64,000 nucleotides of DNA. Source: Mobula hypostoma. Lineage: Eukaryota. The stretch spans positions 138,572,001-138,636,000 of the forward strand of contig NC_086097.1 in assembly GCF_963921235.1 (NCBI RefSeq), read 5' to 3'. Below the pieces are notes generated by a model. It saw nothing but the letters and a program-made list of their open reading frames with translations, ran no database searches and was not told the DNA's origin. The translations under genes were made by a program, and so were the position numbers. Below are positions 48,515-60,445 of this stretch, piece by piece (positions within the stretch are counted from its first letter, which is position 1; every line of letters begins with the position of its first letter).

Positions 48515-51003
48515 GAAACCATAGAAACTACAGCACAGAAACAGGCCCTTTGGCCCTTCTTGGCTGCGCCGAACCATTTTCTGCCTAGTCCCACTGACCT
48601 GCACGCGGACCATATCCCTCCATACACCTCCCATCCATGTATCTGTCCAATTTATTCTTAAATGTTAAAAAAGAACCGGCATTTACCACCTCGTCTGGCA
48701 GCTCATTCCATACTCCCACCACTCTCTGTGTGAAGAAGCCCCCCCTAATGTTCCCTTTAAACTTTTCCCCCCTCACCCTTAACCCATGTCCTCTGGTTTT
48801 TTTCTCCCCTTGCCTCAGTGGAAAAAGCCTGCTTGCATTCACTCTATCTATACCCATCATAATTTTATATACCTCTATCAAATCTCCTCTCATTCTTTTA
48901 CGCTCCAGGGAATAAAGTCCTAACCTATTCAACTTTTCTCTGTAACTGAGTTTCTCAAGTCCCGCCAACACCCTTGTAAACCTTCTCTGCACTCTTTCAA
49001 CCTTATTTATATCCTTCCTGTAATTTGGTGATCAAAACTGAATACAGTACTCCAGATTCAGCCTCACCAATGCCTTATACAACCTCATCATAACATTCCA
49101 GCTCTTATACTCAATACTTTGATTAATAAAGGCCAATGTACCAAAAGCTCTCTTTACGACCCTATCTACCTGTGACGACACTTTTAGGGAATTTTGTATC
49201 TGTATTCCCAGATCCCTCTGTTCCACTGCACTCCTCAGTGCCATACTATTAACACTGTATGTTCTACGTTGGTTTGTCCTTCCAACGTGCAATACCTTAC
49301 ACTTGTCGGTATTAAACTCCATCTGCCATTTTTCAGCCCATTTTTCCAGCTGGTCCAAGTCCCTCTGCAGGCTCTGAAAACCTTCCTCACTGTCTACTAC
49401 ACCTCCAATCTTTGTATCATCAGCAAACTTGCTGATCCAATTTACCACATTATCATCCAGATCATTGATATAGATGACAAATAACAATGGACCCAGCACT
49501 GATCCCTGTGGCACACCACTAGTGAGAGGCCTCCACTCAGAGAAGCAATTCTCTACCACCACTCTCTGGCTTCTTCCATCAAGCCAATGTCTAATCCAAT
49601 TTACCACCTCTCCATGTATACCTAGCGACTGAATTTTCCTAACTAACCTCCCATGCGGGACCTTGTCAAAGGCCTTACTGAAGTCCATGTAGACAATATC
49701 CACTGCCTTCCCTTCATCCACTTTCCTGGTAACCTCCTCGAAAAATTCCAACAGATTGGTCAAACATGACCTACCACGCACAAAGCCATGTTGACTCTCC
49801 CTAATAAGTCCCTGTCTATCCAAATGCTTGTAGATTCTGTCTCTTAGTACTCCCTCCAATAACTTACCTACTACTGATGTTAAACTCACCGGCCTATAAT
49901 TTCCTGGATTACTTTTCGATCCTTTTTTAAACAACGTAACAACATGAGCCACTCTCCAATCCTCCGGCACTTCACCCGTAGACAGCGACATTTTAAATAT
50001 TTCTGCCAGGGCCCCCGCAATTTCAACACTAGTCTCCTTCAAGGTCCGAGGGAACACTCTGTCAGGTCCCGGGGATTTATCCACTTTAATTTTCCTCAAG
50101 ACAGCAAGCACCTCCTCCTTTTCAATCGGTACAGTTTCCATGGTCTCACTACTTGATTCCCTCAATTTCATAGATTTCATGCCAGCTTCCTTAGTAAATA
50201 CAGACGCAAAAAACCTATTTAAGATCGCCCCCATTTCCTTTGGTTCCGCACAAAGCCGACCATTCTGATCTTCAAGAGGACCAATTTTATCCCTTACAAT
50301 CCTTTTGCTCTTAATATACTTGTAAAAGCTCTTTGGATTATCCTTCACTTTGACTGCCAAGGCAACCTCATGTCTTCTTTTTGCCCTCCTGATTTCTTTC
50401 TTAAGTATTTTCTTGCACTTCTTATACTCCTCAAGCACCTGATTTACCCCCTGTTTCCTATACATTTCATACAACTCCCTCTTCTTCTTTATCAGAGTTG
50501 CAATATCCCTTGAGAACCAAGGTTCCTTATTCCTATTCAATTTGCCTTTAATCCTGACAGGAACATACAATGCACTCTCAAAATTTCTCCTTTGAAGGCT
50601 TCCCACCTACCAATCACATCTTTGCCAGAGAACAACCTGTCCCAATCCACGCTTTTTAGATCCTTTCTCATTTCTTCAAATTTGGCCTTCTTCCAGTTCA
50701 GAACCTCAACCCTAGGACCAGATCTATCCTTGTCCATGATCAAATTGAAACTAATGGTGTTATGATCACTAGAACCAAAGTGCTCCCCTACACAGACTTC
50801 TGTCACTTGCCCTAATTCGTTTCCTAACAGGAGATCCAATATTGCATCCCCTCTAGCTGGTCCCTCTATCTTCTGATTTAGAAAACTTTCCTGAACACAT
50901 TTTACAAACTCTAAACCATCCAGACCCTTAACAGTATGGGAGTCCCAATCAATGTATGGAAAATTAAAATCCCCTACCACCACAACTTTATGTTTCCTGC
51001 AGT
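48515..51003 (-). mobile_element. Young 5'-truncated CR1 LINE (late endonuclease through RT and 3' end)
   Basis: ORFs 50537..51025 (GDFN, GSSDHN), 49032..50606 (524 aa; YMDFSKAFDKV, PQGSVLGP, FADD) and 48585..48992, with few lesions. Possible TSD tgacta at 48509-48514 and 51004-51009. Confidence 0.97.
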
Positions 51004-51269
51004 TGACTAATGGGGATATAGGCAAGCAAAGTGCAAGTGTGAGGACAACACAGATGAAACAACGTGGAGAGTATAGTTACCCTCTTGGGTAGAAAAAGTG
51101 GAAGATGCAGTTCAGTGAATTTTCTGTTTTCTCCCACATTCCAAAAATGTGCTGATTGGTAGGTTAATTGGCACTGTAAGTTGCTCCTATTGTATAGAAG
51201 AAAAGTAGAATCTGGTTGGGAGGAGCTGATTGAAATGTGGGTGAGGAGAATAAAATGGGATTTGTGTAA

Positions 51270-51650
51270 GGCAGAGGAACTCAGTAGGTCAGGCAGCATC
51301 TGTAGAACTGGATAAACAGTCAATATTTCAGGCCAAGACCCTTCATCAGGACTGGAAAGAAAGGGAGAAGATACCAGAATTTAAAAAAGGTGGAGGAGGG
51401 AAAAGTGGACAGGCTAGAAGATGATAGGTGAAGCCAAGTGGGTGGGAACGGTAAAGGGCTGGAGAAGAAGGAATCTGATGGAAGAGGAGAAGAGGGGCAT
51501 CAGGAGGAGGTGATAGGAAGGTGAGGAAAAGGGGTAAGAGGCCAGACTGGCCCTCTCCTATCTAATCTTTTCTATTCCAGCCCTTTATCTTTCCCACCCA
51601 CCTGGGTCCACTTACCACCTTCTAGCTTGTCTGCCTTCCCCTCCCCCCAC
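51270..51650 (-). mobile_element. Penelope-like terminal repeat with an inverted partial copy
   Basis: Homologous to 41580-41880. The pyrimidine-rich 51552-51650 segment is an imperfect reverse complement of about 51389-51490. Confidence 0.75.
51317..51354 (-). ncRNA. Minimal type I hammerhead-ribozyme motif, best-preserved complete copy
   Basis: Minus strand CAGTC-CTGATGA-A-GGGTCTTGGCCT-GAAATATT-GACTG. Stem I CAGTC/GACTG, CUGAUGA and GAAA boxes intact, stem II hairpin, palindromic ATAT in place of stem III. Confidence 0.7.
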
Positions 51651-53480
51651 GGCTCAAATTTCTGGCTTGAATCACAGTGTCATACAGAATGGAAAGTGGG
51701 ATGAATATGGAAGAATTTCCACATCTACACCAACCAACAGGGACCCTTCCGTATTAATTATATTTTCCAACATTTGGCCTGTAGCCTTCTATGCCTGATG
51801 GTTTAGGCACTTCCTAAGTGCTCACAGTAACTCTGCTTCCACTACTTTTTCTGGCAGTGCATTCCAGGTACTTGCCACTCTCCAGGTGAAAAAAGGTCTC
51901 CCTCTGTTCACCTCGAAATCTTTTACCCTTTGCCCAAAATCTATGCCCTCTAAATTTTATTCACTTTTGAAAAGGGGAAAAAATCCTGCTATCTGTTTGC
52001 CTCATAATTTTATATATGTGAAATATCTCAATCATGCCTCCTTTAACCCAGAACATGCTGATCTGAGATGGTCTGAGACTAGTTGTAATAAGATGTTGGA
52101 TTTTGGTGTCTTTTTAAGCAGAATATTCTAAGTTCCATTGTTTGAAAAAAGTTGTGCTTTAACAATAGTAGAAACACCTAAACTAATTCTTGAGAAACAT
52201 CTTGAGAAAAATTCTTGAGACTGAAGTTGCAGATTTGAGGGAGACTGCCAGTCCAGATATTATGTTGAAGCCAGAGTGGCTGTTTCATTATCTTTTTAAA
52301 TCTGGATGCATGAATTAATAAAACATAGAAAAGTCTGGCTTGGTAATTTCTCCAGCTTTTGCTTCCTGCGATATTTCAAATATTAATGGCTCTGATGTGG
52401 TTATAGGAGTTTGTGACATTTTGATTTCTTCTGATTTGGAATTTTATGGTCATTTCATAACGGAACATGTATTCTGATATTGCTTAACAGTGAGGATTAA
52501 TCCACATCTGTCTGTTGGAAAATTGCATTTATGACAGGACACAACACTGATAAACCAGGCCGTTGATATTGTTTGATCTTTCTCATTGTAACAACACAGA
52601 GTGGGTTGTCATTTGGAAGGAGCAATGTCTGTGCTTTCAGATCTCCTTGGAGGCTGGACCAATGTAGAAATCAACAGCAATCAGACTAGTAGAGAGTAAT
52701 ATGATTGCAATTTACCACCTTAAGGGAAGATTACTTAACTTGGATGAATAATGGACAGTTCACAGCCCAAAATGGCAACTTGAAACTGCAGACACTGACA
52801 GTCTGTTGAAAATATTGGTGCACCAAAACACTATCTGGAGAAATAGTGAAGTTTTAGATTGTAGTCCTTTGTGAGTTTGCTGTTTGCCCAAACATTCTTA
52901 CAGTATTCTCGATGCAATCTGATAATATAGGTCTGAAGATAACCATTATAATTTGTCTTAGTAGGTAATATGGTCAGGGTGAAAAATGCATTAGTATTTT
53001 GTTGGCTGTTTTCCTGTTCTGCTTTAATTTCATGCATGAGTATTGGATTCGAATTTCCAGTAATGACTGGTGCTAGTCATTTTTCATGATTTTGATTTTG
53101 GATTTCAAAGGAAGACAAACTAAATTATAGATATAATAGAGACTCCTTGCTTAGAGCAGATAAGTGATAGGTAAAGTTGTTGGCCAGTTAATAAGCACTG
53201 TGATAAAGAAGAATGATGGAAAAGGTACGAAATTAAGTATTAAATAATAAGCTACAGCATATGTCAGGCATCACACCCAAAGAACCATTTGGCATTTGCC
53301 TTCTTGAGCTGACTTTCCCTCCGATCATTACAAAATTGAAAGAGGCTGTAACTCGGGTTATTCCCATAGCAAGACCCCGTGAATTTTTTTATAACATTGA
53401 TATCTAACTTTTGGATTATTTTTCATTTAAACACTATTGCATATGCTGGCATTTGGCCAGTGAGCCCCAGCTGCTGCTTC

Positions 53481-56400
53481 AGAATCAGAATCAGATTCTA
53501 AGTCAGGTTTAATATCATTGGCATATGTTGTGAAATTTGCTGTTTTGGGGCAGCAGTACTGTGCAACCATAGTAATTTTTAAAAGTCTTTAAATTACAGT
53601 AAGAAAATATATATACAGTATATATAAAATTAAAGGGGATAAGTAGTACAAAAAGAAAACAAAAAATAGTGAGTATACATGGATTCATTGACCATTCAGA
53701 AATATGATGATGGAGAGGAAGAAGCTATTCCCAAAATATTGAGTGAATGTCTTCTGGCTCTTGTACCTCCTCCTTGATGCTTGCAATGAAAAGAAAGCAT
53801 GTCCTTAATGAAGGATGCAACCTTTTTGTGGCATCGCCTTTTCAAATGTCCTCAGTGCTGGGAGGCTAATGTCCATGATGGAGCTGGCTGAGTTTACAAC
53901 TTTATTCAGCTTTTTCCAATCCTGTGCATTGACCCTTTCATAACAAATGATTAGAATGCTGTCCATGGTACATCTGTAGAAATTTGCTGAGTCTGTTGAC
54001 ATACCAAGTCTCTTCAAACTCCTAATAAAATATAGCCGCCGTTATGCCTTCTTTATAATGTTGTCAGTATGTTAGGTCAAGAATAGATCTCCATGATGTT
54101 GACATCTAGGAACTTGAAGCTGCTCACTCTTTCCACTGCTGATCCCTCAATGGGGACTGCTGTACTTTTCCTCGACTTCTGATTCCTGAAGTCCACAATC
54201 AGATCCTTGGTCTTAATGATGTTGAGTGCAAGGTTGTTTTTGTGACACCACTCAACCAGCTGATCTGTCTCACTCCTCTGTGCCTCCTCATCACCATCTG
54301 AAATTCTGACAACTGGGTAACATAGAAACACAGAAAACCTACAGCACAATACAGGCCCTTCGGCCCACAAAGCTGTGCCGAACATGTCCTTACCTTAGAA
54401 CTACCCAGACTTACCCATAGCCCTCTATTTTTCTAAGCTCTATGTATCCATCCAGGAGTCTCTTAAACGATCCTATGGTTTCGACCTCCACCACCGCCGC
54501 TGGCAGCTCATTCCACGCACTCACCACTCTGCGCAAAAAAAAACTTCTTGTGTCATTGGCAAATGTATAGTTGGCGTTGAGCTGTGCCTAGTCACACAGT
54601 CATGGGTGTAGGTAGAGTAGAATAATGGGCTAAGTACGCATTCTTGAGGTGCATCAGTGTTGCTTGTCAGCAAGGAGATCTTATTTCCGGTCTGTACTAA
54701 CTTTGGTCTACTGATGAAGAAGTTAAAGATCTGTTTGCAGAGGAAGGTACAGAGGTCCAAGTTTTGGAGCATATTGATGATGGTGTTGAAGGCTGAACTG
54801 TAATCAAAAGACAGCAGCCTGGCATAGTTATTCCTATTGTGGTAATAGACAAATTACAGCAAGTCCAGGTCCTTGCTTAGGCAAGGGTTGATTCTGGCCA
54901 TAACCAACCTCTCAAGGCATTTCATAGCAGATGTGAGTACAACTGGGCAATAGTCATTGTGGCAGCTCACTCTGCTCTTCTTGGGCACTGGTATGATTGT
55001 CACCCTTTTGAAGCAGCTGGGAACCTCTTACTAAAGCAGTGAGAAATTGAAGATGCCCTTGAATGCCCTCGCCAGTTGGTTGGCACAGGTTTTCAGTGGC
55101 CTACCAGGTACACCATCAGGTCCTGTCGCGTGTGTTTGACCTCTTGAAAGATGTTTTAATGTCTACCTCCGAAACAGAGATCACAGTGTTACCAGATGGT
55201 GCAGGGGTTCACACAGGTTTAGTATTATTCTCTTTCAAAGCATGCAAAAAGGTGTTAAGCTCATTTGAGAGTGAAGCACCTCAGATGTTCATGATGCTGA
55301 GTTTCGCCTTGTAGGAAGTAATGGCCTGCAAACTCTGCCAGAACTGATGGTGCATCTGCTCCTGTTCCTAACTTCAATCAGAATTGCTTATTCACAAAAT
55401 AGCCTTCTATAGGTTGTACCTTTTCTAGATAACTTGTCTTAAGTGCCACAGATCTAGTCCCCAGCAGTCTACGATTCTCTTGGTTCATCCACGGCTTTTG
55501 GTTTGGGTATATCCAGTATATTTTTGAAGGCACACACTCAGGTACACAAGTCTTGATGAAGTGAGTAACAACCTGACATATTAATTCAAATTTGAAGGCA
55601 GCTCATAGTAGTGCTGTAAATGTTCCTCCATCTGCTGTGACCATCCCTTGTTGGTCTTCACCACTGGTACTATGATCTCTGTGTGCTGAGCAGAGATGTA
55701 ATCAAACTTTATAAAGAGCAGGTGTTTGATGTCATGGTAAGCATTTCTGATGGTGGTGTAACAATGGTTAAGTGTGTTTCCCTCTGGGTCCACAGGTGAT
55801 ATTTTGTTGGTAGTTGATATGTGAGTTTCTCAAGCTGACCTGGTTGAAATCCCCCACGATGATAGGGAAGGTATCAGTGCCCTTTTTCATGACTGCAGAT
55901 CACAATGCTCAGCTCCTCTAGTGCCTGCCTGACATTGGCCAAGGGTGGAATGTACACTGCAGCCAGGATGATGGCAGTAAACTCCTTTAGCAGATAAAAT
56001 GGAAGACACTTGACTGCTAGATGTTGCAGGTCAGATGAGCAGGACTGAGGAGGAACTGACATCTGTGCACCACAATGAGTTAATCATGAAGCATAATTTC
56101 CCTCCTCTGCCTTTAAAAGGCTTGGCTGTCCTGTCTTGGCAGTGAGGCGAAGCCCTCGGGCTGCAGAGCTGCATACAAAATGGCGGGGGATTGGGCAAGG
56201 GAGCCATGTTTCCTGCAAGCAAATTACACAGTAGTCCCTCATGTCCCTTTAGTTCTCTGCAATCTTGTTCTGAAGTCTTCAATTTTATCTTCCAGAGACT
56301 ATACATTTACCAGTAGGATAGTAGGGAATGGGGATCTAAGGGCCCTGCATTTCAACACTTTCTTTTTCTTAAAGAGGAATTTTACTCGTGACCTGATGCT

Positions 56401-56572
56401 ATAGTCCAGGGTCTGCTGATAGAAGATGATAGATTTTTAAAAACATCTTAAAATGATGTTTTCACTAAAATACCCATGTTTCTGACTGTGGATTTCAGCT
56501 GTATTGATCCTAAATGAGAATATTTGATGATTCCCTTTGGAGCTAAGAGTACCCACTTGTCAGTACCATCTT
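53481..56572 (-). mobile_element. Near full-length decayed Rex1/Babar LINE
   Basis: EN peptides (PFYLLKEFTAIILAAVYIPP), RT (APQECVLSPLFYSTYTHDC; WCHKNNLALNIIKTKDLIVDFR), (agaatc)n reverse tail at 53481, and aagatggt 5' start near 56572. Confidence 0.88.
54319..54545 (-). mobile_element. CR1 3' tail (subfamily A) nested in the Rex element
   Basis: aacatagaaacacagaaaacctacagcacaatacaggcccttcggccc, closely matching 57903 and 60027. Confidence 0.88.
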
Positions 56573-57015
56573 AAAATCATCTTAGATTGGCTGGTGAGAA
56601 TTTTGTGTTGATATTGATAAGTTTGAAATCCATCTGTATCAATCTGTTCAGGAGAATAAAACAATACTTAAAAGAATTTTATTTCTCCCTTTATCTAACA
56701 GCTAATCTTACTAAGGGCAGAACTCTCTTGCTGGTTTCCAAAATGAATAGTTTTGCTTACAGATGTGCTTTTGCTGGTTAACAATTTTTCTGCTTGTGTT
56801 ACCAACACCCACAGAGTTGCCCTAAATCTTTCTGTTCTTTGCTGCTATGTAGAAACTTGATTTTTTTTTTGGGCTGATGTTCCAAGATGAGAATCATTTC
56901 AGATAAGGATGTATTGCAAACTGCTACAAATGTAGTGAAAGAGGGCCGTGTAAAACACATGTTATTTGCTATTTTAATAGTTTATTGTGGAATTTTCATT
57001 GATTATTTATCTATG

Positions 57016-57031
57016 TATATATATATATATA
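57016..57031. repeat. (TA)8 microsatellite just upstream of the EIF3E acceptor
   Basis: Direct reading. It ends 14 nt before the exon. Confidence 0.95.
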
Positions 57032-57045
57032 TTTTCTCATTTCAG

Positions 57046-57155
57046 GTGCTTGTGAATGATTTCTTCTTGGTGGCCTGCCTTGAGGACTTCATAGAGAATG
57101 CCCGGCTCTTTATCTTTGAGACATTTTGTCGTATTCATCAGTGCATTAGCATCAG
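57046..57155 (+). CDS. EIF3E: EIF3E internal coding exon, equivalent to human exon 10 (PCI domain region)
   Basis: Translates [36 protein letters not shown] plus 2 nt, continuing directly from ...LRECES. Acceptor ttttctcatttcAG, donor GTacag. 110 bp. Confidence 0.97.
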
Positions 57156-57237
57156 GTACAGATGCCTCTTAATCACCAGCTTGTGTAGAAGCAAGTTACT
57201 TAAATTCATGATCTTACCGTGAGCTCCTCTAGACAAG

Positions 57238-57437
57238 GAAACAGAAAATGCTGAAAACACTCAACAGTATCTGTGGAAGGGGAAACTTGTAAATGCTTTG
57301 GATCTAAGACCATTCATCAGAACTGGGAACTACCCTTTCCCAATTTTGAATAAGGGTCTCAGAGTTGAAACATTCATCTGGTTTGTTTCTCTGCAGCTGC
57401 AGCCTGTCAAGATGAGTGTTTCCAGAATTTTGTTTTT
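57238..57437. mobile_element. Old fold-back element made of two inverted Penelope-like termini
   Basis: acagaaaatgctgaaaacactca...gaccattcatcagaactgggaa versus ttcccaattttgaataagggtc...tgagtgtttccagaattttgt, an imperfect inverted pair. Confidence 0.6.
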
Positions 57438-57902
57438 TCAACTCCCAGAACCCAATAATGGCCAGTCTTTTGAATGATGCTTGAGTAATACTCTAACTTC
57501 AACTGATCAGTTTAACTGACAGAAATGCAAATTAAGTGGATAGTGGTCATGGGACCTTGTGTTTAAGTTTTGTTTGAATAAATATTAACTGTCTATGTAG
57601 TTCTGAGATGTTTACTACTGTTCAAATAATTTCTGAACCAGTTGACTAAACCAGTGGAGTTTGAGAGAATTCATGCTTCTGCACTTTAAGTGAGATTCAT
57701 TGGAGATACTCTGGCACTTTGTGCATCTGCCTCATTCTTTTTGAGATGCATTGTTTGATATAGATATGATTTTGAGTGAAGCTTGTGATTTCAGATTTCT
57801 TGTGCTCAAACTTCTCACCTTTGCATCTGCTCTATTTTCAAAATTCTTTCTTCCAGAATGGTTCCAACATGTTGTGACTAGTTTCCTTTGGGACCTCAGA
57901 TA

Positions 57903-59098
57903 TAGAAACATAGAAAACCTACAGCACAATACAGGCCCTTCGGCCCACAAATTTATGCCAAACATGTCCCTACCTTAGAAATTACTAGGCTTACCCATAA
58001 CCCTCTATTTTTCTAAGTTCCATGTACCTATCCAAACGTCTCTTAAAAGACCCTATCGTATCGGCCTCCGCCACCGCTGCCAGCAGCCCATTCCACGCAT
58101 TCACCACTCACTACGTAAAACAACTTACCCCTGACATTTCCTCTGTACCTACTCCCCAGCACCTTAAACATGTGTCCTCTTGTGACAACCATTTCAGCCC
58201 TGAAAAAAAGCCTCTGACTATCCACACGATCGATGCCTCTCATCATCTTACACACCTCTATCAGGTCATCCTCTGTCGCTTCAAGGAGAAAAGGTCGAGT
58301 TCACTCAACCTATTCTCATAAGGCATGCTCCCCAATCCAGGCAACATCCTTGCAAATCTCCTCTACACCCTTTCTATGGTTTCCACATCCTTCCTGTAGT
58401 GAGGTGACCAGAACTGAACATGGTACTCCAAGTGGGGTACTATATAGCTGCAACATTACCTCTCGGCTCTTGAACTCAATCCCACGATTGATGAAGGCCA
58501 ATGCACTGTATATTTTCTTAACCACAGAGTCAACCTGCACAGCATCTTTGAGTGTCCTGTGGACTCGGACCCCAAGATCTCTCTGATCCTTCACACTGCC
58601 AAGAGTCTTGCCGTTAATACTATATTCTGTCATCATATTTGACCTACCAAAATGAACCACCTCACACTTATCTGGGTTGAACTCCATCTGCCAATTCTCA
58701 GCCCATTTTTGCATCCTATCAATGTCCTGCTGTAACCTCTGACAGCCCTCCACACTATCCACAACACCTCCAACCTTGTGTCATCAACAAATTTACTAAC
58801 CAATTCCTCCACTTCTTCATTCAGGTCATTTATAAAAATCACAAAGAGTAGTGGTCCCAGAACAGTTCCCAGAGGCACACCACTGGTGACCAACCTCCAT
58901 GTGGAATATGACCCGTCTACAACCACTCTGTGGGCAAGCCAATTCCGGATCCACAAAGCAATTTCCCGCTGGATCCCATGACTCCTTACTTTCTCAATAA
59001 GCCTTGCATGGGGTACCTATTCAAATGCCTCGCTGAAATCCAGATACACTACATCTACTGCTCTACCTTCATCAATGTGTTTTGTCACATCCTCAAAA
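57903..59098 (-). mobile_element. CR1 LINE 3' part (subfamily A)
   Basis: PLGTVLGPLLFVIFINDL, SKFVDD and WQMEFNPDKCEVVHFG. (tagaaaca)n tail. Confidence 0.95.
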
Positions 59099-59099
59099 A

Positions 59100-59214
59100 A
59101 TTTTTCTGTTGCTCAGTGTCACAAAAGCCAAGTAAAATCCACTGTGATTCAATGCCGTAAAACAATAAAACATGAAAACTTTCGGGGGGGGGGATACTTT
59201 TTATAGCCACTGTA
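59100..59214. mobile_element. Tc1-like terminal fragment
   Basis: Ends gggatactttttatagccactg followed by ta, a Tc1-type terminus with a TA site. Confidence 0.6.
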
Positions 59215-60026
59215 CATGACGCTCAGGCTTATAAATTTAAATTTTCCAATGTCAGATAGCTAAGAATATGAAATCTGTTGCAACATGATGATATGAAAGA
59301 TAGTGTAATGGGAAATTGAACCTTAGGATGCTAGTGTGTAGGCTTAAGGCAGCAAACACCTCCTCATCCACCCGTCAATAGATGATAATTTTTGATTGGA
59401 AGCTGAAATCCTGAAAAGAACAAAGAAAATCTTTCTGTCAATCTATAGAGTTGATTGTGGTTTGTTTTAAATAAAAGTGTGGAATCTTCTTAATTTTTTA
59501 ATGGTGAATAATACAAGAAATTTACTAGAATTTTATTTTTGTCGAAGTGTCCTTAAAAACCACTCAGTGTGCATGTGTATCTATTCGAATAAAATATATT
59601 CTTATTTTCCCTTGGGGCTGACGGAAGAGGTGTAGCCATTCCAGCAGATTTGTGACTTGTTTGTAATATTTGGTATAATAGTTGCTTGTTTGGCACTGTT
59701 TGATACCGCAGAATACACATACTATTTGAACATATTGAGAGCAATTGTTTAACTAATGATTAACATGCATTTGGCTACTGAAACAAAACCTGTTGGCTCC
59801 TTGTTAACTAGTGTTCTGGGGGTTGCACTGGGAAGTAGAATAGTTTTTAGTATCAAGAAATCTGTTAAGGAAAAATAAGCTCAAAGCATGCTTAATAAAA
59901 ATACTGAGCCATGTATATGGCAGTGGTGAAAATGACAATTATTATTTATGGTGATTGTAATTTGTTTAGAAAGCAGAAGATAGCACAGATAACACAGCCT
60001 GTGAAAAATCTCTGAAAGTTATTGTG

Positions 60027-60445
60027 AAAACATAGAAACATAGAAAGCATACAGCACAATACAGGCCCTACGGCCCACAAAGCTGTGCCGAACATGTCCC
60101 TACCTTAGAACTACCTAGGCTTTACCCATAGCCCTCTACTTTTCTAAGCTCCATGTACCTATCCAGGAGCCTCTTAAAAGACCCTATCGTTATCGTTTCC
60201 GCCTCCGCTGGCAGCCCAATCCACGCACTCACCACTCTCCGCATAAACAAAAAATTTACCCCTGACATTTCCTCTGTACCTACTTCCAAGCACCTCAAAA
60301 CAATGCCCTCTTGTGCTAGCCATTTCAGCCCTGGGGAAAAGCCTCTGTCTATCCATACGATCAATGCCTCTCATTATCTTGTACACCTCTACCAGGTCAC
60401 CTCTGATCCTCCGTCGCTCCAAGGAGAAAAGGCTGCGTTCACTCA
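60027..60445 (-). mobile_element. CR1 3' end (subfamily A)
   Basis: LFSLERRRIRGDLVEVYKIMRG (ORF 60174..60446). (aaacatag)n tail. Confidence 0.92.

Larger units (their letters stand above)
17469..57045 (+). other. EIF3E: EIF3E intron, 39,577 bp, GT-AG
   Basis: Bounded by the two exons, whose peptides are contiguous in eIF3e, so no further constitutive exon is needed between them. Confidence 0.9.

Noticed and set aside
49032..50606. 524-aa ORF as a host or novel RT gene
   Set aside because: It is CR1 ORF2 within a truncated element that has a CR1 tail and neighbouring broken frames.
56887..57222. 111-aa ORF (and the 74-aa ORF 17358..17582) as stand-alone genes
   Set aside because: Only the splice-site-bounded cores match eIF3e. 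The rest is intron read-through.
10579..59214. Tc1-like ends at 10579 and 59214 as one giant composite transposon
   Set aside because: They agree only in the first few terminal bases (cagtggc) and diverge after that, so they are different families.
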